Source: Monocercomonoides exilis PA203
Taxonomy: Eukaryota; Protista; Preaxostyla
Assembly: GCA_001643675.2 (NCBI GenBank)
Contig: LSRY02000026.1
Coordinates: forward strand, 558,001 to 622,000
Length of the DNA: 64,000 bases
Direction of reading: 5' to 3'
In this document: positions 48,456 to 61,032 of the stretch, piece by piece
Position numbering within the stretch: the stretch's first letter is position 1
Layout: each line of letters opens with the position of its first letter
Made by a program: the position numbers and the translations under genes
The notes under the pieces: model-generated
Database searches by the model: none
The model's input: the letters and a program-made list of their open reading frames with translations, nothing else
Told to the model about the DNA's origin: nothing

Positions 48456-51400
48456 ATGAATGGAGAAAAGAAGGTATTTTCAAATGGGAACAAACCAGTT
48501 CTGAGGGTCGTTGGGTGTTCATTCACAAACATCACGAATGAAGGGATTGGAGCGAGTGTTGTTGATGTGGGATCATTTGAGGATGGGGTGGAGTGTGTGG
48601 TGGATGAGTGTTCGATGTCGAGTTGCAAGAGTGGTTTGAGTGATGAAGGAGGGGGGATGAGAGTGGTGCTGAAGAGTGGGGAGTCGGTGTTGAAAGTGAA
48701 TGGGAGCTCGTTTTCGATGTGCAAGTGCTCGAGTGAGACAGGGTGTGGAGGAGGGCTGTTCATTGATGGGTCTGACCCACATGCGAATTATGGGAATGAG
48801 AGTCAGATTCCGCCTCTGAATTTCAAGATTGTGAATATCCTGTTTGTGATGAATGAGGCACATGTAGGGAAAGACGTGTTTGTCAGATGCCACTCGATTG
48901 AGCACCAGATCAACGAAACACTGTTTGCACTGAACTACAACCAGGAGTCACTGAACTCGAACAACTCGATCTGTGGGAGGGATGTTGAGAGTGAGACGGA
49001 TGTTGATCTGATTCTGCTGATCACATTCTATTATTCGGCACAGGTGTTTGTGAGTGGGAGAGGGAGTGATGGGAGGGGATGTGGGGCACAGAGCATTCCG
49101 TGTGCGAGCATCGACTGTGGGGTTGAGCACATCGAGGAAGGGGTGATGAATGGGATTCTGATTTATGGGGAAGGGTTTGTGAGGAAGGAGTGTGTGATTG
49201 GAGATCTGGTTGTGAACTCATTGAAAAAGGCACAGGGGATTGTTCGGTTGAACTGCAAGATTGAGAAATCAGGTGAGAAGGATTGTGTGATGGAGTTTGT
49301 GAATGAATGTTCAGTGGAGAGGTGCTCATTCCAGTTTGAAAATGGATTTGAATCAACTCACAATTGTCTCATGAAAGTGAAGAATGGAATGACAAAAATA
49401 CAAGAATGTGAATTCTTTTCTTCTTCCCCAACAACAACAGTTGAGTTCATGAAGCTGAACAGTTCAATTGTGAGTGTGGAAAGTGGAGAGCTGAAGATAT
49501 CAGAAACAACATTCAGGGATATTCATTCAACAAGATCAATTCTTTCATTTTGTGAAGAATCAGATGTGACAATTGATGAAACAGGAATATCGAATATAGA
49601 ATGTGAGGGAGATGTTGTGAGTGTTGGAGGGAAAGCGAAGGTGGAAATGAAAGAGATGGGAGTTGAGAATGTGACTCTGATGTCAAAGGGGTGTGTGATT
49701 GGGATAGATAATGCAGAGCAAGATGTGAGTGTGCTGAACAGCTCATTTGGAAAGTGTGTGAATTCGGTTGATAAGGGAAGCATGATACAGATAAGAAAAT
49801 CCAAGAATGTGAGGATTGAGGCATGTGTGTTTGATGGAGAAAAAGAAATCGAGGTTATCAATGAAGAAAACAAGATAAAAGAGGGATTATGCAAATGGAA
49901 TGGATCATTGGTTGATGTTGAGAAGAGCAGAGTGGAGATGAGGGAAATAACGATTATGAAGAGCAAGGGAGGTGGGTTGTGGGTGAGTGGAGGGAGTGTG
50001 AGGATTGAGAAGGGAGAATTTGAGAACAACAACCCATCGATTGAGGGATATTCATCAGCCAGAAGGAATGTGATTTGTGAAGGGAACGGGGAGTTGAATG
50101 TTGTGAGTGTGAAAGGGGGAGATGGGTTGAAAGATAACTCATCATTGTGGATATTGGATGAGGGATGCGAGTTGGGAGGGATAGCTTCGGAAAGAGGATC
50201 ATCATTTTTCATCCCCATTTTGGAAGTGAAGAACACAACACAGCCAAATGGGGATGTGGAGTTGATGATTGTGGGAAAGCTGCTTCTGCCATGTGATCTG
50301 TCAGTGAAGATGAGCATGAAAAATGGGGAAGAGGAGGAGATAGTGAGAAAGGAAATTGAAGAAGAAGGGTTTGTGTCAGAGAATGAGATTCACACGTTTG
50401 TTTCATGTTCAGAACTGGAGAAAGTGAGAGAAGAGACAGAAGTGAGTGTGTGGATTGTGTTTGGGAAAGGAGATTCGCCTTCATCAACAGAGCGGTTTAT
50501 TGTGAAGAACAGGAGTGAAAGCGTTGGAAAAGGAGATGAAAGGATTGTTGAAGGAGGGAAAGAAGGGAAATCATCATGGGCTGTTTTTTGTCTGATATTT
50601 GTTGTTTTGTTTTTGATCGTTCTGATTGTATCTGTTATTGTTACAATTCGTTGGAGAAAGGCAAAGAATGAAGCAAAAGACTTGAGAGAGATTGTGAATG
50701 ACACAGTTAGGAAGGATCCGAAGGCATTTGAGATGGTGACGATGGAGATGTCTCCTGAGGAGCAGTGGAGGAGGGCTGAGAGAAAGGCAGAGAAGAAGAA
50801 CGAAGAGAGGATAAAGAAGAGGGTGTATGAGAAAAGCTTGGGACACTCAGAGTCGTCAGAGCATTTGCTGAGTGAATGTGGCTCAACAGAATATATCTTG
50901 GGGAAAGACTCAGACAAGATTCCTCAATGGATGCTGGAGAAGGTTGAAGAAGAAGAGATTCGAAAGAGAACACCATCACCATCCATTTCATCTACTTCAT
51001 CCACAGACACATCAGATTCAGATTCAACATTTGTTCGATCGGAGAGTCTGTGTCCAACCACCTCTTCGATGTCGAATCTGGTGGATGCAATGGCCTGCTC
51101 ATCTCCTCATGAGAAATTGATTGTGGATCTGAGGGATTCACTGTTCATGTTGTTGCATGGGCTGAACAAGACAAAGGAGATGGCAATTGGCACTCTTCAG
51201 GAGAGGGAGCAGACAGCTGCACAGATCCTGTTCTGGGTGGCTAATCTGGCACTCCATTCGTTTGATGAAATGGAAAATGGATTATCTTCTCTTTCCACTC
51301 TGAGTCCTCACATTGTGTTGTTTTCAGAACACATGGTGATCTGCATCGTCATGCATTCTGATTTATTGTCAGATGACTCTGATTCATCATCCATCTCATC

Positions 51401-51980
51401 ATCGACTGTTGTGACATCTGCCAGTGATGATAGTGACTCCCTTCCTTCATCAGCATTTGAGGATGATGAATACAACAGAAAAGAGTGTTTGAGGTGGAAG
51501 GCGCCAGAGCTGCTGATGAACAAGAAGATGGGAGCAACAAAAGAATCAGTTGTGTTTTCGATTGGGATGATGCTGTGGGAGTGTCTGACACTGGATATCC
51601 CGTTTGGAGAGTATCCAGCAGAGGTGGCGGGAGATAAGATCTTGAATGGGGAGAGGCCAGACGTGACAGCTCTTGTTGAAGAAAGTGGGTTTGGAGAGCT
51701 TGTGGAGAGCTGCTGGAAATCGCAACGCTCGATTCGCATTTCTTTGGATGATCTGAAAAGAGAACTGTTTCAGCACTTTCCAGCTGGAACAATGATTCTG
51801 ACGATGTCAGATGCGATTGAGGATGAGGATGGCACAGAAGAGGAAAAGAGCAAAACAGAAGATGAAGCACGGTTAATATCTGGATCACAAGAGAAACTTT
51901 CAGTGAATCCACCAAAAAGAGAGAGGAAAACAAGAAATATTGATGAGAAAGAAATGGTGAAGGGGATAATAATCGTGTGA
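48456..51980 (+). CDS. Receptor-like protein: beta-helix ectodomain, single TM segment, Ser-rich linker, TKL-like pseudokinase; N-terminus apparently lost
   Basis: GGG/CxF repeats; TM WAVFCLIFVVLFLIVLIVSVIVTI; LRWKAPE, VFSIGMMLWECLT..IPF, GERP; no HRD or DFG; no signal peptide. Confidence 0.8.
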   Translation: MNGEKKVFSNGNKPVLRVVGCSFTNITNEGIGASVVDVGSFEDGVECVVDECSMSSCKSGLSDEGGGMRVVLKSGESVLKVNGSSFSMCKCSSETGCGGGLFIDGSDPHANYGNESQIPPLNFKIVNILFVMNEAHVGKDVFVRCHSIEHQINETLFALNYNQESLNSNNSICGRDVESETDVDLILLITFYYSAQVFVSGRGSDGRGCGAQSIPCASIDCGVEHIEEGVMNGILIYGEGFVRKECVIGDLVVNSLKKAQGIVRLNCKIEKSGEKDCVMEFVNECSVERCSFQFENGFESTHNCLMKVKNGMTKIQECEFFSSSPTTTVEFMKLNSSIVSVESGELKISETTFRDIHSTRSILSFCEESDVTIDETGISNIECEGDVVSVGGKAKVEMKEMGVENVTLMSKGCVIGIDNAEQDVSVLNSSFGKCVNSVDKGSMIQIRKSKNVRIEACVFDGEKEIEVINEENKIKEGLCKWNGSLVDVEKSRVEMREITIMKSKGGGLWVSGGSVRIEKGEFENNNPSIEGYSSARRNVICEGNGELNVVSVKGGDGLKDNSSLWILDEGCELGGIASERGSSFFIPILEVKNTTQPNGDVELMIVGKLLLPCDLSVKMSMKNGEEEEIVRKEIEEEGFVSENEIHTFVSCSELEKVREETEVSVWIVFGKGDSPSSTERFIVKNRSESVGKGDERIVEGGKEGKSSWAVFCLIFVVLFLIVLIVSVIVTIRWRKAKNEAKDLREIVNDTVRKDPKAFEMVTMEMSPEEQWRRAERKAEKKNEERIKKRVYEKSLGHSESSEHLLSECGSTEYILGKDSDKIPQWMLEKVEEEEIRKRTPSPSISSTSSTDTSDSDSTFVRSESLCPTTSSMSNLVDAMACSSPHEKLIVDLRDSLFMLLHGLNKTKEMAIGTLQEREQTAAQILFWVANLALHSFDEMENGLSSLSTLSPHIVLFSEHMVICIVMHSDLLSDDSDSSSISSSTVVTSASDDSDSLPSSAFEDDEYNRKECLRWKAPELLMNKKMGATKESVVFSIGMMLWECLTLDIPFGEYPAEVAGDKILNGERPDVTALVEESGFGELVESCWKSQRSIRISLDDLKRELFQHFPAGTMILTMSDAIEDEDGTEEEKSKTEDEARLISGSQEKLSVNPPKRERKTRNIDEKEMVKGIIIV

Positions 51981-53631
51981 GAAGGGTTTTGATGAGAAGA
52001 TATTTCTGGGTGCGAAAGAAACATTTTCACCGTTTTCAAAGAAAAGATGGCAAATGTTCTGGAGTTCTTGTGCAACATGTGAAGGTTTCATTTTTGGGAT
52101 AATGAGACACATTTGAAAAAGAAGAGATGATGATGATATTGAGATATTTGGGAAAACATTTCTCTTGTGGAATGTTAAGATTTATCTTCATTTTTTTGAA
52201 TTCGGTTTTCTGATTTAATATTCATTTCGAAACTCATTTGTGTGTTTGTGTATGTATTCAAAAGGATTTCAAAAAAATCTATTTTTAAAAGAAATTCTTT
52301 CTTGAAAAGTTCATCTGATTGTTTTGTTTTTATGTGTGTATTCAGAAAATCACAATTTTTGCAAAGCCTTTTGTTTATGTGTATGAATGAATGATTGTGA
52401 TGACTTTTCTGAGAGCGGAATGTGTGATCTTTTCATTATGTTAATAAAATAATCTTCAAAATTATTAAATCTTCATTGTGTTTTCACACACATATTTCAC
52501 AATCGTTTTTTCAGTTATATTTTTTTCATGTCATTTTCATGAAAACAAACACAACAATTAATTGAAATTCGACAGAAACAATGAATTTCATTTCCCAGAA
52601 AAATTCTTGAATCATTCTTTTCTTTTTGTGAATCAATAGATATGAGAAAATTATCAAAACTTATTTTGGAATTGTGAAAGAATTTGACAAACAATGATAA
52701 TATTTGAATTCAGATGTTAATCTGGGCTCTTTAAATTCATTGGAACACAAATCTTTGAGAGTCAAAAGGGTGTTTTGAATGTCTCAAAAATTATTAATGA
52801 ACAGCCAGTATATCTTTTATTACAAAAATAAAGTTCCCTCAAGATGATAATCTTCTTTGTGATAACTTTTATGAAATATTTATTAATTTTGTTCTTTCAA
52901 TTTGATCAAAGACATGTTTGTTTTTCCATGAACTTTCAAATCTGAAAATTTGGTGAATTGTGAACTGTCAGTGATCATCTCTTCCTTATGTTTTTTTATT
53001 ATCTCTGATTGTTCAAAATATAGTATTTTTTTAATTAAAAAAAAAAAAACAAATCATCAATGGTAGTTTTTTCACTTTTCAAGAAATCATTGACACTCAA
53101 TTATTCCATTCCATAAAATACAAAAAATCCAAAAAAAATATATGAATAAAAGTTTTCGAAAAGATATCATGAAAAAAATGATTGATAATAGAATTTGTTT
53201 GAAATCTTTTTTCGGGATTATGTTCAAATTGGATAAATGCAAATGGGTGATTCTTTTTGAAATCTTCATCTTTTCGGTGTGTGGATTATTTCAGTGATCT
53301 TTCATTTTATTTGATCTCTTCAAAAATAAAATCAGACACAAAAGTCCAATATAGTATTTCCCAAACTTCACAAATAACGCAATATTTTCATGGAATGTAT
53401 TGTTTTATGAATGTTCTTCATGTTGAAAATGCTCGGAAATGCGTTTTGAGCAAAAATGAAAAAAATAAAAAATTTCAAATTTTTTATAATTTATTTTTCA
53501 TGATCAAAAAATTTTTGAAATTCAAAAATGAAAAAAAAAATCTTCTGTGGTGTATGTTCTGAAGTGCTTTTTCCGTTTCCGGCTCCTCAATATTCGTCTT
53601 CGAACAATTCATCTTCGTTGGGAATGATATC

Positions 53632-54602
53632 TTAAAAGAACGGCAATTCTTCATCAATTTCTTCTGATTCTTCATCTTCTTTCATTTCATTTTCTTCTTC
53701 TTTTTCCTCTTCTGGTTTATATTCTGCAATTTTATTTATAAGGTCTTCAAAAGATAGTTTGAGAGAGGTTTTGGTTAGAAACATAGCAATATGATCCAAA
53801 ATATATTTCTTTCTTGTACCAAACTGCGGAAAAGATGACCTCAAATGTGACCACAATCCTTCAATTGTGTATGTCCCAACTCCACTTTCCGGATTGATAA
53901 AGTTTCTTTTGTAGAAGATGGAGAAATGTTAATTACACTGCTCCTCAAACGAAGCGTTTTCTTTCCATTCTTCTGAAATAATGGTCGTTCAGAGAAAATT
54001 AATACGTTGAATCAACAAAAATAAAATTTTCGTTGTTTTATTTGGGACAATTATCATTAATCATTTAACAGCTTGTCCTTCGTCGAGACGCTCCACTCTT
54101 CCAAATATCCAAACGTGGTCTTTTTATTTTCCTCTGCCCTATTTTTTCTTCCGCCAGACAGCCTCATTGATTTCAACAGTTTTTCCAGGGCCTCCGATCG
54201 TTTGTTGTTTATCATTCCATTTTTTTGCGCAACAGACTCGCACAACGCTGCACCAGAAACCCACCGTAATTTGAGAAATTCCGAGCAAAGAAGAAATTGT
54301 TTTTATTGGTATTTTCACCCAATAACACAAACAAATCAACAAAGTTGAGCCCAAGGAAATTTTCATATTTGCAAATATAGTTCCATGGAAAACTGATTTT
54401 TTTTCGATGCATTTGGGACATTTCGATTATCCGAAATTAGTGAAAACATGGATACATCTTTTTTGTGTTCTGTGATATCGGCATTTCTGAACTTCGTTGT
54501 GTAACACTTTCTCCAAATACCAGCTCCACGTCATATCCTCATTTTGAAAAGCTTATTTCACTTTTGAATACAAAGATCCTTCTGTTCCGCCATTATTTGC
54601 AT
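53632..54602 (-). mobile_element. Degenerate Merlin (IS1016/ISXO2-like) transposase
   Basis: CPKC zinc ribbon, IGGPGKTVEINE, WIFGRVER, FINPESG..T.TIEGLWSHLR; stops and frameshifts. Confidence 0.85.
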
Positions 54603-55201
54603 TGTAATATTTTTTGATAGTAACCAAAAAATTTGTGAAATCAATAGTTTTTTTTAATTTTTTTTATTTTATCAATAAGAAGTTTACGTAAAGTATTTAT
54701 TGCACAAATGCAAATAGAAAACAATGTGTTTTCATCACGTGTAGTTTATTTTCATTTTCCTTTTTTTCCATATTGCATCAATATTCCAAAATTCACACTT
54801 TTTTGAAATTCACTTCTTGGTTTTTCAAAACAAAGAAACAAACAGACATTAATGAAAGAAGAAATAAAATATTAAAGATTATCATTCAAACAATGAAAAA
54901 CTATAAAGGGCAGACAACACAATAGTTAAATTGATAATCAGTGATATGAACAAATCACAGAAAAACAAAGATGTTTAACAGAAAAGAAATTTCAAAAACA
55001 TAAAATAATAATAATTATCATCAGTTCACATCACTCAAAACTCTCAAATAAAAATGCTCGTTGAATGACAAGCAACAGTTGATCACAATAACAAAAACGG
55101 ACATAACAATATTTGTTCGTTGTAATTGAAAAAAATAAAAAAATCATCAGATAATCGAAGTTATAAATTTTTAAATTCAATTGTGATCATTTTTTCAATT
55201 T

Positions 55202-55474
55202 TTCCATTTGGGTGATAATTTTTGAAATCATATTATTTCATACAAAAATTTCGGTGCTTAAATATACCTTGAATGTCAATAAACAAAAATTGAAAAGTGA
55301 AAATGCCTATTGGATGCATTCTAATCTTTGATTCTATAAAACCATTTGTTTTTAAAAACAATTGTCATGCTTCTTTACTTTTGAAACAAAAATTTCTTTC
55401 GAAAATTTTTCAATCTTTGAAAAATTAACACCCAGAAAAAAGATATGATTTCAAAAATAATCACCCATTTGGAA
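55202..55474. repeat. Small foldback/MITE-like element
   Basis: GGGTGATAATTTTTGAAATCATAT (55210) is inverted relative to ATATGATTTCAAAAATAATCACCC (55443-55466); third copy of the motif at 53245. Confidence 0.5.
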
Positions 55475-55909
55475 TCAGAAAATATCAGATCCTGTGTAAA
55501 AAAGTGAATTGAACTCATTCCTGAAACCACTCAAAAATAGTGATGGCAATTCAAGTTATAATCTATCTTTTGAGTGTCACATTTGAAATTTTGATGTCCA
55601 AAGAAATATGTTTTGTTGTTTCTGATCATTCAAACAGTGAATTGTCTTCCTGATGGTTGCAAAATTTTATTCAAATAAGTGCCTGGAAAAATACGTGAAT
55701 CAAAGAATTTATCAAATTGATCAATGAAAACATTGTTTATCTCACACAAAAGTTGGAAATTCTCTCTTTATGTGAACCCGTTTTTTTTTATCCCGTCTTC
55801 ATTAAAAGAAAAGAAGATTATTTTGAAATGTTTTTGATGCATTGGACAAATGACTTTCAGATAAAAAACATAAAATCATCAAATGATTTTAAATTTACAA
55901 GATAGACAT

Positions 55910-56092
55910 CATTTTTCTATTTTTTCTTCATCTTTTTTCAATTTTATTCTTTTCTTCACATTTCCCTTCTTTTTCTTTCTTCTTCTTTTTCAATTCTTTT
56001 TTTCTTTTTCTTTTTTTTTTTTTCTTTTTTCTTTTTTTCTTTTTTTTTTTTTCTTTTTTTTTTTTTCTTTTTTTTTTTCTTTTTTCTTTTTT
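55910..56092. repeat. T-rich polypyrimidine tract
   Basis: Directly visible. Confidence 0.9.
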
Positions 56093-57274
56093 GATGTCTC
56101 AAAAAATAATTACGATTTTTGTAATTAAAAATATTTTTCAAAAAGGGTCGAAATGATAGAAAAAATAAAAATGATTATTCAAAATTTTTGCTTTAAATAT
56201 TATTATTATTATTATTTGTTTCTTAATGTTATTATTTCTTATTTTGAAAAAATTAATAAAGATTATTCAAAGATGTTGAAAAAATAACAAAATAAAAATT
56301 TGAAAGGAAAAAAGATATTCGAGAAATTCTGTTTCAGATCCTTCAAATTGTTTAGCTGCATGGCCACCTTCATTTCTTATCTGTCATCTTCCTCTTTGAT
56401 ATCGCCTTCTTTACAAGTCGAGTTCCCATTTCATCGAGCTGTTCATTTTCCATCTTGTCTCCGCAAACACACTTGCACATTTGATGGTGGATTCTGCAGA
56501 AGAGCGCATGCCTCCAGAACGCTGCTCCACTCTGTTTTTGTTGCTATCTACAGCATTCTCCAACATCTCTTCTTCTTCCTCCTCTTCTATTATTCTCTTC
56601 ATTCTTCTCCTTTTTTTCCCTTTGGCTGCACAGACACTCAGAAAACATTCCACAAAATGTGATGCTAAATACATAGCCGTATCGCTTCATAGAAGTTCAT
56701 CAAACACTCAAAAAAGGCAACATCCCTTCAGCTTCTTGTCAAAATATGGAATTGGAGGAAATACATCCTATGAGTCAGTGGAAAAAGGCTGTGAATCAGG
56801 TGAAAGTGTATTTGATGGAGAAGAATTAAGAACTTCTGAAAGAGAGGCAGTTTCGTTTGAAACAGGCTTCTGTGTGTGTAAAGAGATACTGTTTCATCGA
56901 TGAGCTCTAATTCATCCGTGCCGAGTGTTTCTTCATTGGATTGACCAGTGTTTGTCTGGTTTTTCTTTCCTTCCTCTCTTTTTCCTTCTCTCCTTCTCTC
57001 TCATCTTTCTTGCCCAGATCTCGGCTTCTCTGATTTCCAGCGCTTTCATTCCTTTCTCAGAAAACCTCAGCTCCTGCGAATATTTCAGTATGCGAGCTAA
57101 AATCCCCACTTCTTCGAAGCACACAAGCATTTTAATGTCTCATCCATCTTCATGCAGCAACAGCACGCTGTCTTCCATTGTGATTTTCTGCCCGCACACC
57201 TCAGTACATCCGACCCAGTGGCGGAGAAGAGAAGGAAGTGTGAAGCGGGGAGAGCACGAACGTTTTTTTAGAAC

Positions 57275-57284
57275 AGAAGAAGAA

Positions 57285-57325
<41 letters not shown>

Positions 57326-57334
57326 GGAAGAAGA
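57275..57334. repeat. (GAA/GAG)n microsatellite
   Basis: Directly visible. Confidence 0.9.
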
Positions 57335-57560
57335 TTGAATTCTTTGCAAAAACACAAATTTTGCTAAAGAAAATGAATTTTAAAAAAAATAAAAATTAAA
57401 TAAAAACAAAAATAAAAAATCCCTCTTTCGCCCTTTTTTTGTGAATTGCTGAATTATTTTGACGACGAGGCAAAGAAGAAAGTATTTATAAATTGAAAAA
57501 AAAGAAGAATTCAAAAAGAAGAAGAAGAAGAAGAACATGAATAAGAAAAAGAAAAAAAAA

Positions 57561-57704
57561 GGAGAAGGAGAAGGAGAAGGAGAAGGAGAAGGAGAAGGAG
57601 AAGGAGAAGGAGAAGGAGAAGGAGAAGGAGAAGGAGAAGGAGAAGGAGAAGGAGAAGGAGAAGGAGAAGGAGAAGGAGAAGGAGAAGGAGAAGGAGAAGG
57701 AGAA
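57561..57704. repeat. Perfect (GGAGAA)24 microsatellite
   Basis: Directly visible. Confidence 0.95.
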
Positions 57705-59544
57705 GGAGGGGAAGGGGGAGAAGATGATGAAACCAATGAAAATGGAGCAATTGAGAATTGTGAAAAAATCCAATCCTTTTTATAAAGATGTTGATGATAA
57801 CTTGAGTAATGTCGATCGATAAAAATATGTCATTCGATGAGTTGATTTCAGATGAAATATACAATCTTCATCACAAAATATGTGAAATGGAGAGAGATGC
57901 AAACAGATAAAGATGGAAGTTCACAAATCGTTGACTGCCTTCGTGTGGTTGAACTGCTTTTCCCTCACAAAAAGAAAATTATGTTTGTCCAATGATGTCA
58001 ACAATTCAAATGAACTTCATGTATGATGAGGATATTGACGGAGAAGTATTCGAAATCGAAGAAAGCATTGACGATTGAAGAAGTTGACATCAATTGCAAA
58101 ATTTTCATATGAAAGGAGAAGAAAATGAAGAATTTTTTGATTATGTGATTGATGTGTCGATTCTGGCAATGAGCATCTTTTGTTGAGTGAGACTGTTGAG
58201 AATGATAAGGAAGGTGAAGAAGAAGGTGAATTAAAATAGAAGATGTAAGCTTTTCCAAGTCACGTTGGGAGATAGAAAAAACTGAATGTGTTCTGAATGT
58301 GAATGCCCAGCCAGCCCATCAGCCCCAACAAATAAGTCGCTTCTGCCGAACGCTCTCACAAATAAGCCTAACAAACTGCTTCTTCTCTCTTTCAAGCTCA
58401 TGTTAAGCATTGTTTGGTTATGCAGCATGCATAACAGATGTCAGAAGACACGAATGTCATCGTTGAATGCAATCCAAACAAGAATAATCTCAAAACTTTT
58501 GGCTCTTTTGAAAAAAAATAAAAAGGCTTCATTCAATGGCATTCCTGTTCATAGTCATTCTGTATTCATTCAAATATCACCTTTCAATAAAAATGAATGA
58601 AACAAAAAAAAAAAAAAAAATCAAACCATCTTTTTTGGCCTTGAATTATTTTCCCATCTCCAATGGATTGGTAATTATCGGTCCAACTGGTTTTCTTGTC
58701 CTTAGAATCCATTGTGAAGTTGGACATGAATTCAAGCGAAAACACATATTCTCCAAATTAACTCCTTTTCAAAACTCAATTCAACGGCAAGTCTTTGATG
58801 ATGGCTTTCCAAAGGGTTTTGTGCAAAAAGCAAATGAGATTGTAATTGAGGCCTGCTGAGTGCTTCGTTCTGTTCGCTTCCTCCATTGTCCAATCCCCAA
58901 TTTCCTTTCCTTTTCCACAAAACAAACTTCCCTCCAATAAGCCCATGTAAAATAAGTCCTGTGTAAAAGAAATGCTTGACGTGTCGCATTTCTCTCGACA
59001 TGAACAAAAAGTTCAATTCAATCTTTCTGATATTCTGTTCGCTTTTTCGCATCTTGCTTGGATTGCTTTTCATTCAAAATATAACAGCCGATGTTGCATC
59101 ATATGTTTTGTAATATATGACCATGTTCATATATCATGCAATTTCCCCCACAAATTCACTTTTCGCAAGCAATTGATGCAAACAGCCACCCGCTCCTCCA
59201 TCTGTAAATAAAATCCCTGTTCTTCTGCAGTGCAATAAATCGCATGGTTGCATCTATGGACGATAACCTAAGCAGCTCAAACATGCTCTGGCTGGCAAAT
59301 CATCAATCAAAAATCTTAACTAATATAATTATAGGTTAGATACCCTTATTTATTTGTTCAAAAAAAGACTATTTTGTTTCACGGATTTGCTTGTTTTGAG
59401 GTTAAAGGCATTGATGGCAAAAGAATATGTATGGACTTCTGTGTTATTATAAATATTTGATTTGATGTGTTTGAATTCTTTTAATTTGAACAAAAACGAA
59501 TATTTCGAAAATGAATTTATTTGTTGTTTTGAATTCATTTTGCG

Positions 59545-60986
59545 ATTTCACAGTCCCCTTCAAAAGGACAAACATTTCTTGGTTTGCAAAGTATTAAAAG
59601 AAATGAATGGTTGGATTAACAAATGCTTCTTATTTCTCTTTTGATTTTTTCACTTTTTTAGAGAAACTTTCACAGTTGGAACAATTCACTGAAACCGAAC
59701 AAAAGCAGAAAATCCTTGAAATGAATGAAATAATTGATAGAATGAATAATTTTGAGTTGCTTATTGTTTTCAATCCTGAAATATTCAACAAAATTCGAAA
59801 AATGATTGAAGAAAAGAAACTGACTTTGGAGAATGCTATTCTGTTATTGAAGCATGCTGGATTTTGGAATGCGTTGAAAGATATGCCTATTCATGAATTT
59901 GGAAAATCTTCATTGGAAAATAGATTCGAGAAGATGATTGTTGAAGAAGAAAAGAAAAATGAAGAAAAGAATGAAAAGCTCTTGGTTGATCTTTGTGAAT
60001 GTTATTTGCTGCTCTCTAATGGTCTTGCTTTAACAAATATTGTTTCAATAATTGTACCTTGCCTTTTGAAAGCTGCGTTGAACAAAGAGGAAAACGAGGA
60101 AGCTCAAAAGGAAGTTGAAATGGCTTTGCTGGCTTTGAAAAATCTCGGGATGTGGAAGGTTTGAATATTCTATTTCATTTTTGATATCGTTGTATTATTT
60201 TCTTATTATTTTAATTTTTAGCATGTTGAACAAGAACTGTATTTGGATAAGACAATAGAAATAATCAAATATCATCAGGAGCATTACAACTTGACGCGAC
60301 TTGCTTATCAGCCTGCTTGGCAGTTTCTAATCTTCAGATTTTGCAAAGACAAAAGTTTGGAAGAATTGATTGCAAATGAGCTTCATTTTGCAAGAGAGGC
60401 AATTAAAGAATAAGAATATCTGTCAAAGTGTATCGACTGGAAGAGAGAGAAGGAAGCGGAGAAAGATGGAAAAGAAATAAAAGAACTTGTTTTATTAAAC
60501 TGGATCCAAACACTCTCTTCTTTCTTTGAGAACTGTCTTTTGTGGAATGAAGAATATGTTGAGCTTTTCAGCAGCATTGTTCAGGTGTCTCGAGCAGTAA
60601 GAGAAAATCAAAGAGAAATTTGCGATTGGTGCATTTATTCCTTGAGAAAAGCAGCAGAAAATAGAAGCGTGAACGTTGAAGGATTTCTAAAATGCGCAGC
60701 TGTTGATGCTGTTTTGGAGGGGATACAGCGGCCAACGTTGAATGATATGACAACATATGAAAGCTTGCAATTCTTTATGGGAGTTTCAAGGAAATTGAAA
60801 GAAGAGGAAGATGAAGAAAAAAAAGAAGCGAAAAGAAAGGCAGCAAAAAGGAAGGCGCTTGAAAAAATGGAAGAAGAAGGATATGAAGATACCATCATCA
60901 GCTTTCATAAAAAGTTTTATTATCTCTATAGAAAATATCAATATTATTTATCGTCAAAAATTTCAGATTATTTTGTGAATGTTTGA
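59545..60986 (+). pseudogene. Helical protein family member, 3 exons, in-frame TAA at 60411 and no in-frame ATG in exon 1
   Basis: ORFs 59607..60164 and 60540..60986; introns at the same positions as in 33289-34710. Confidence 0.8.
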
Positions 60987-61032
60987 GAAAACGAAAAATT
61001 CATTTTTTGCTACTCAAAATTTTTGTTTTTCT

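Noticed and set aside
53241-55470. Repeats at 53245 and 55443-55466 as the Merlin element's TIRs
   Set aside because: No TSD found, and a third copy at 55210 pairs better with the right-hand one
57380-57864. SP-, FS-, poly-L and GE-repeat ORFs
   Set aside because: Translations of the (GGAGAA)24 microsatellite
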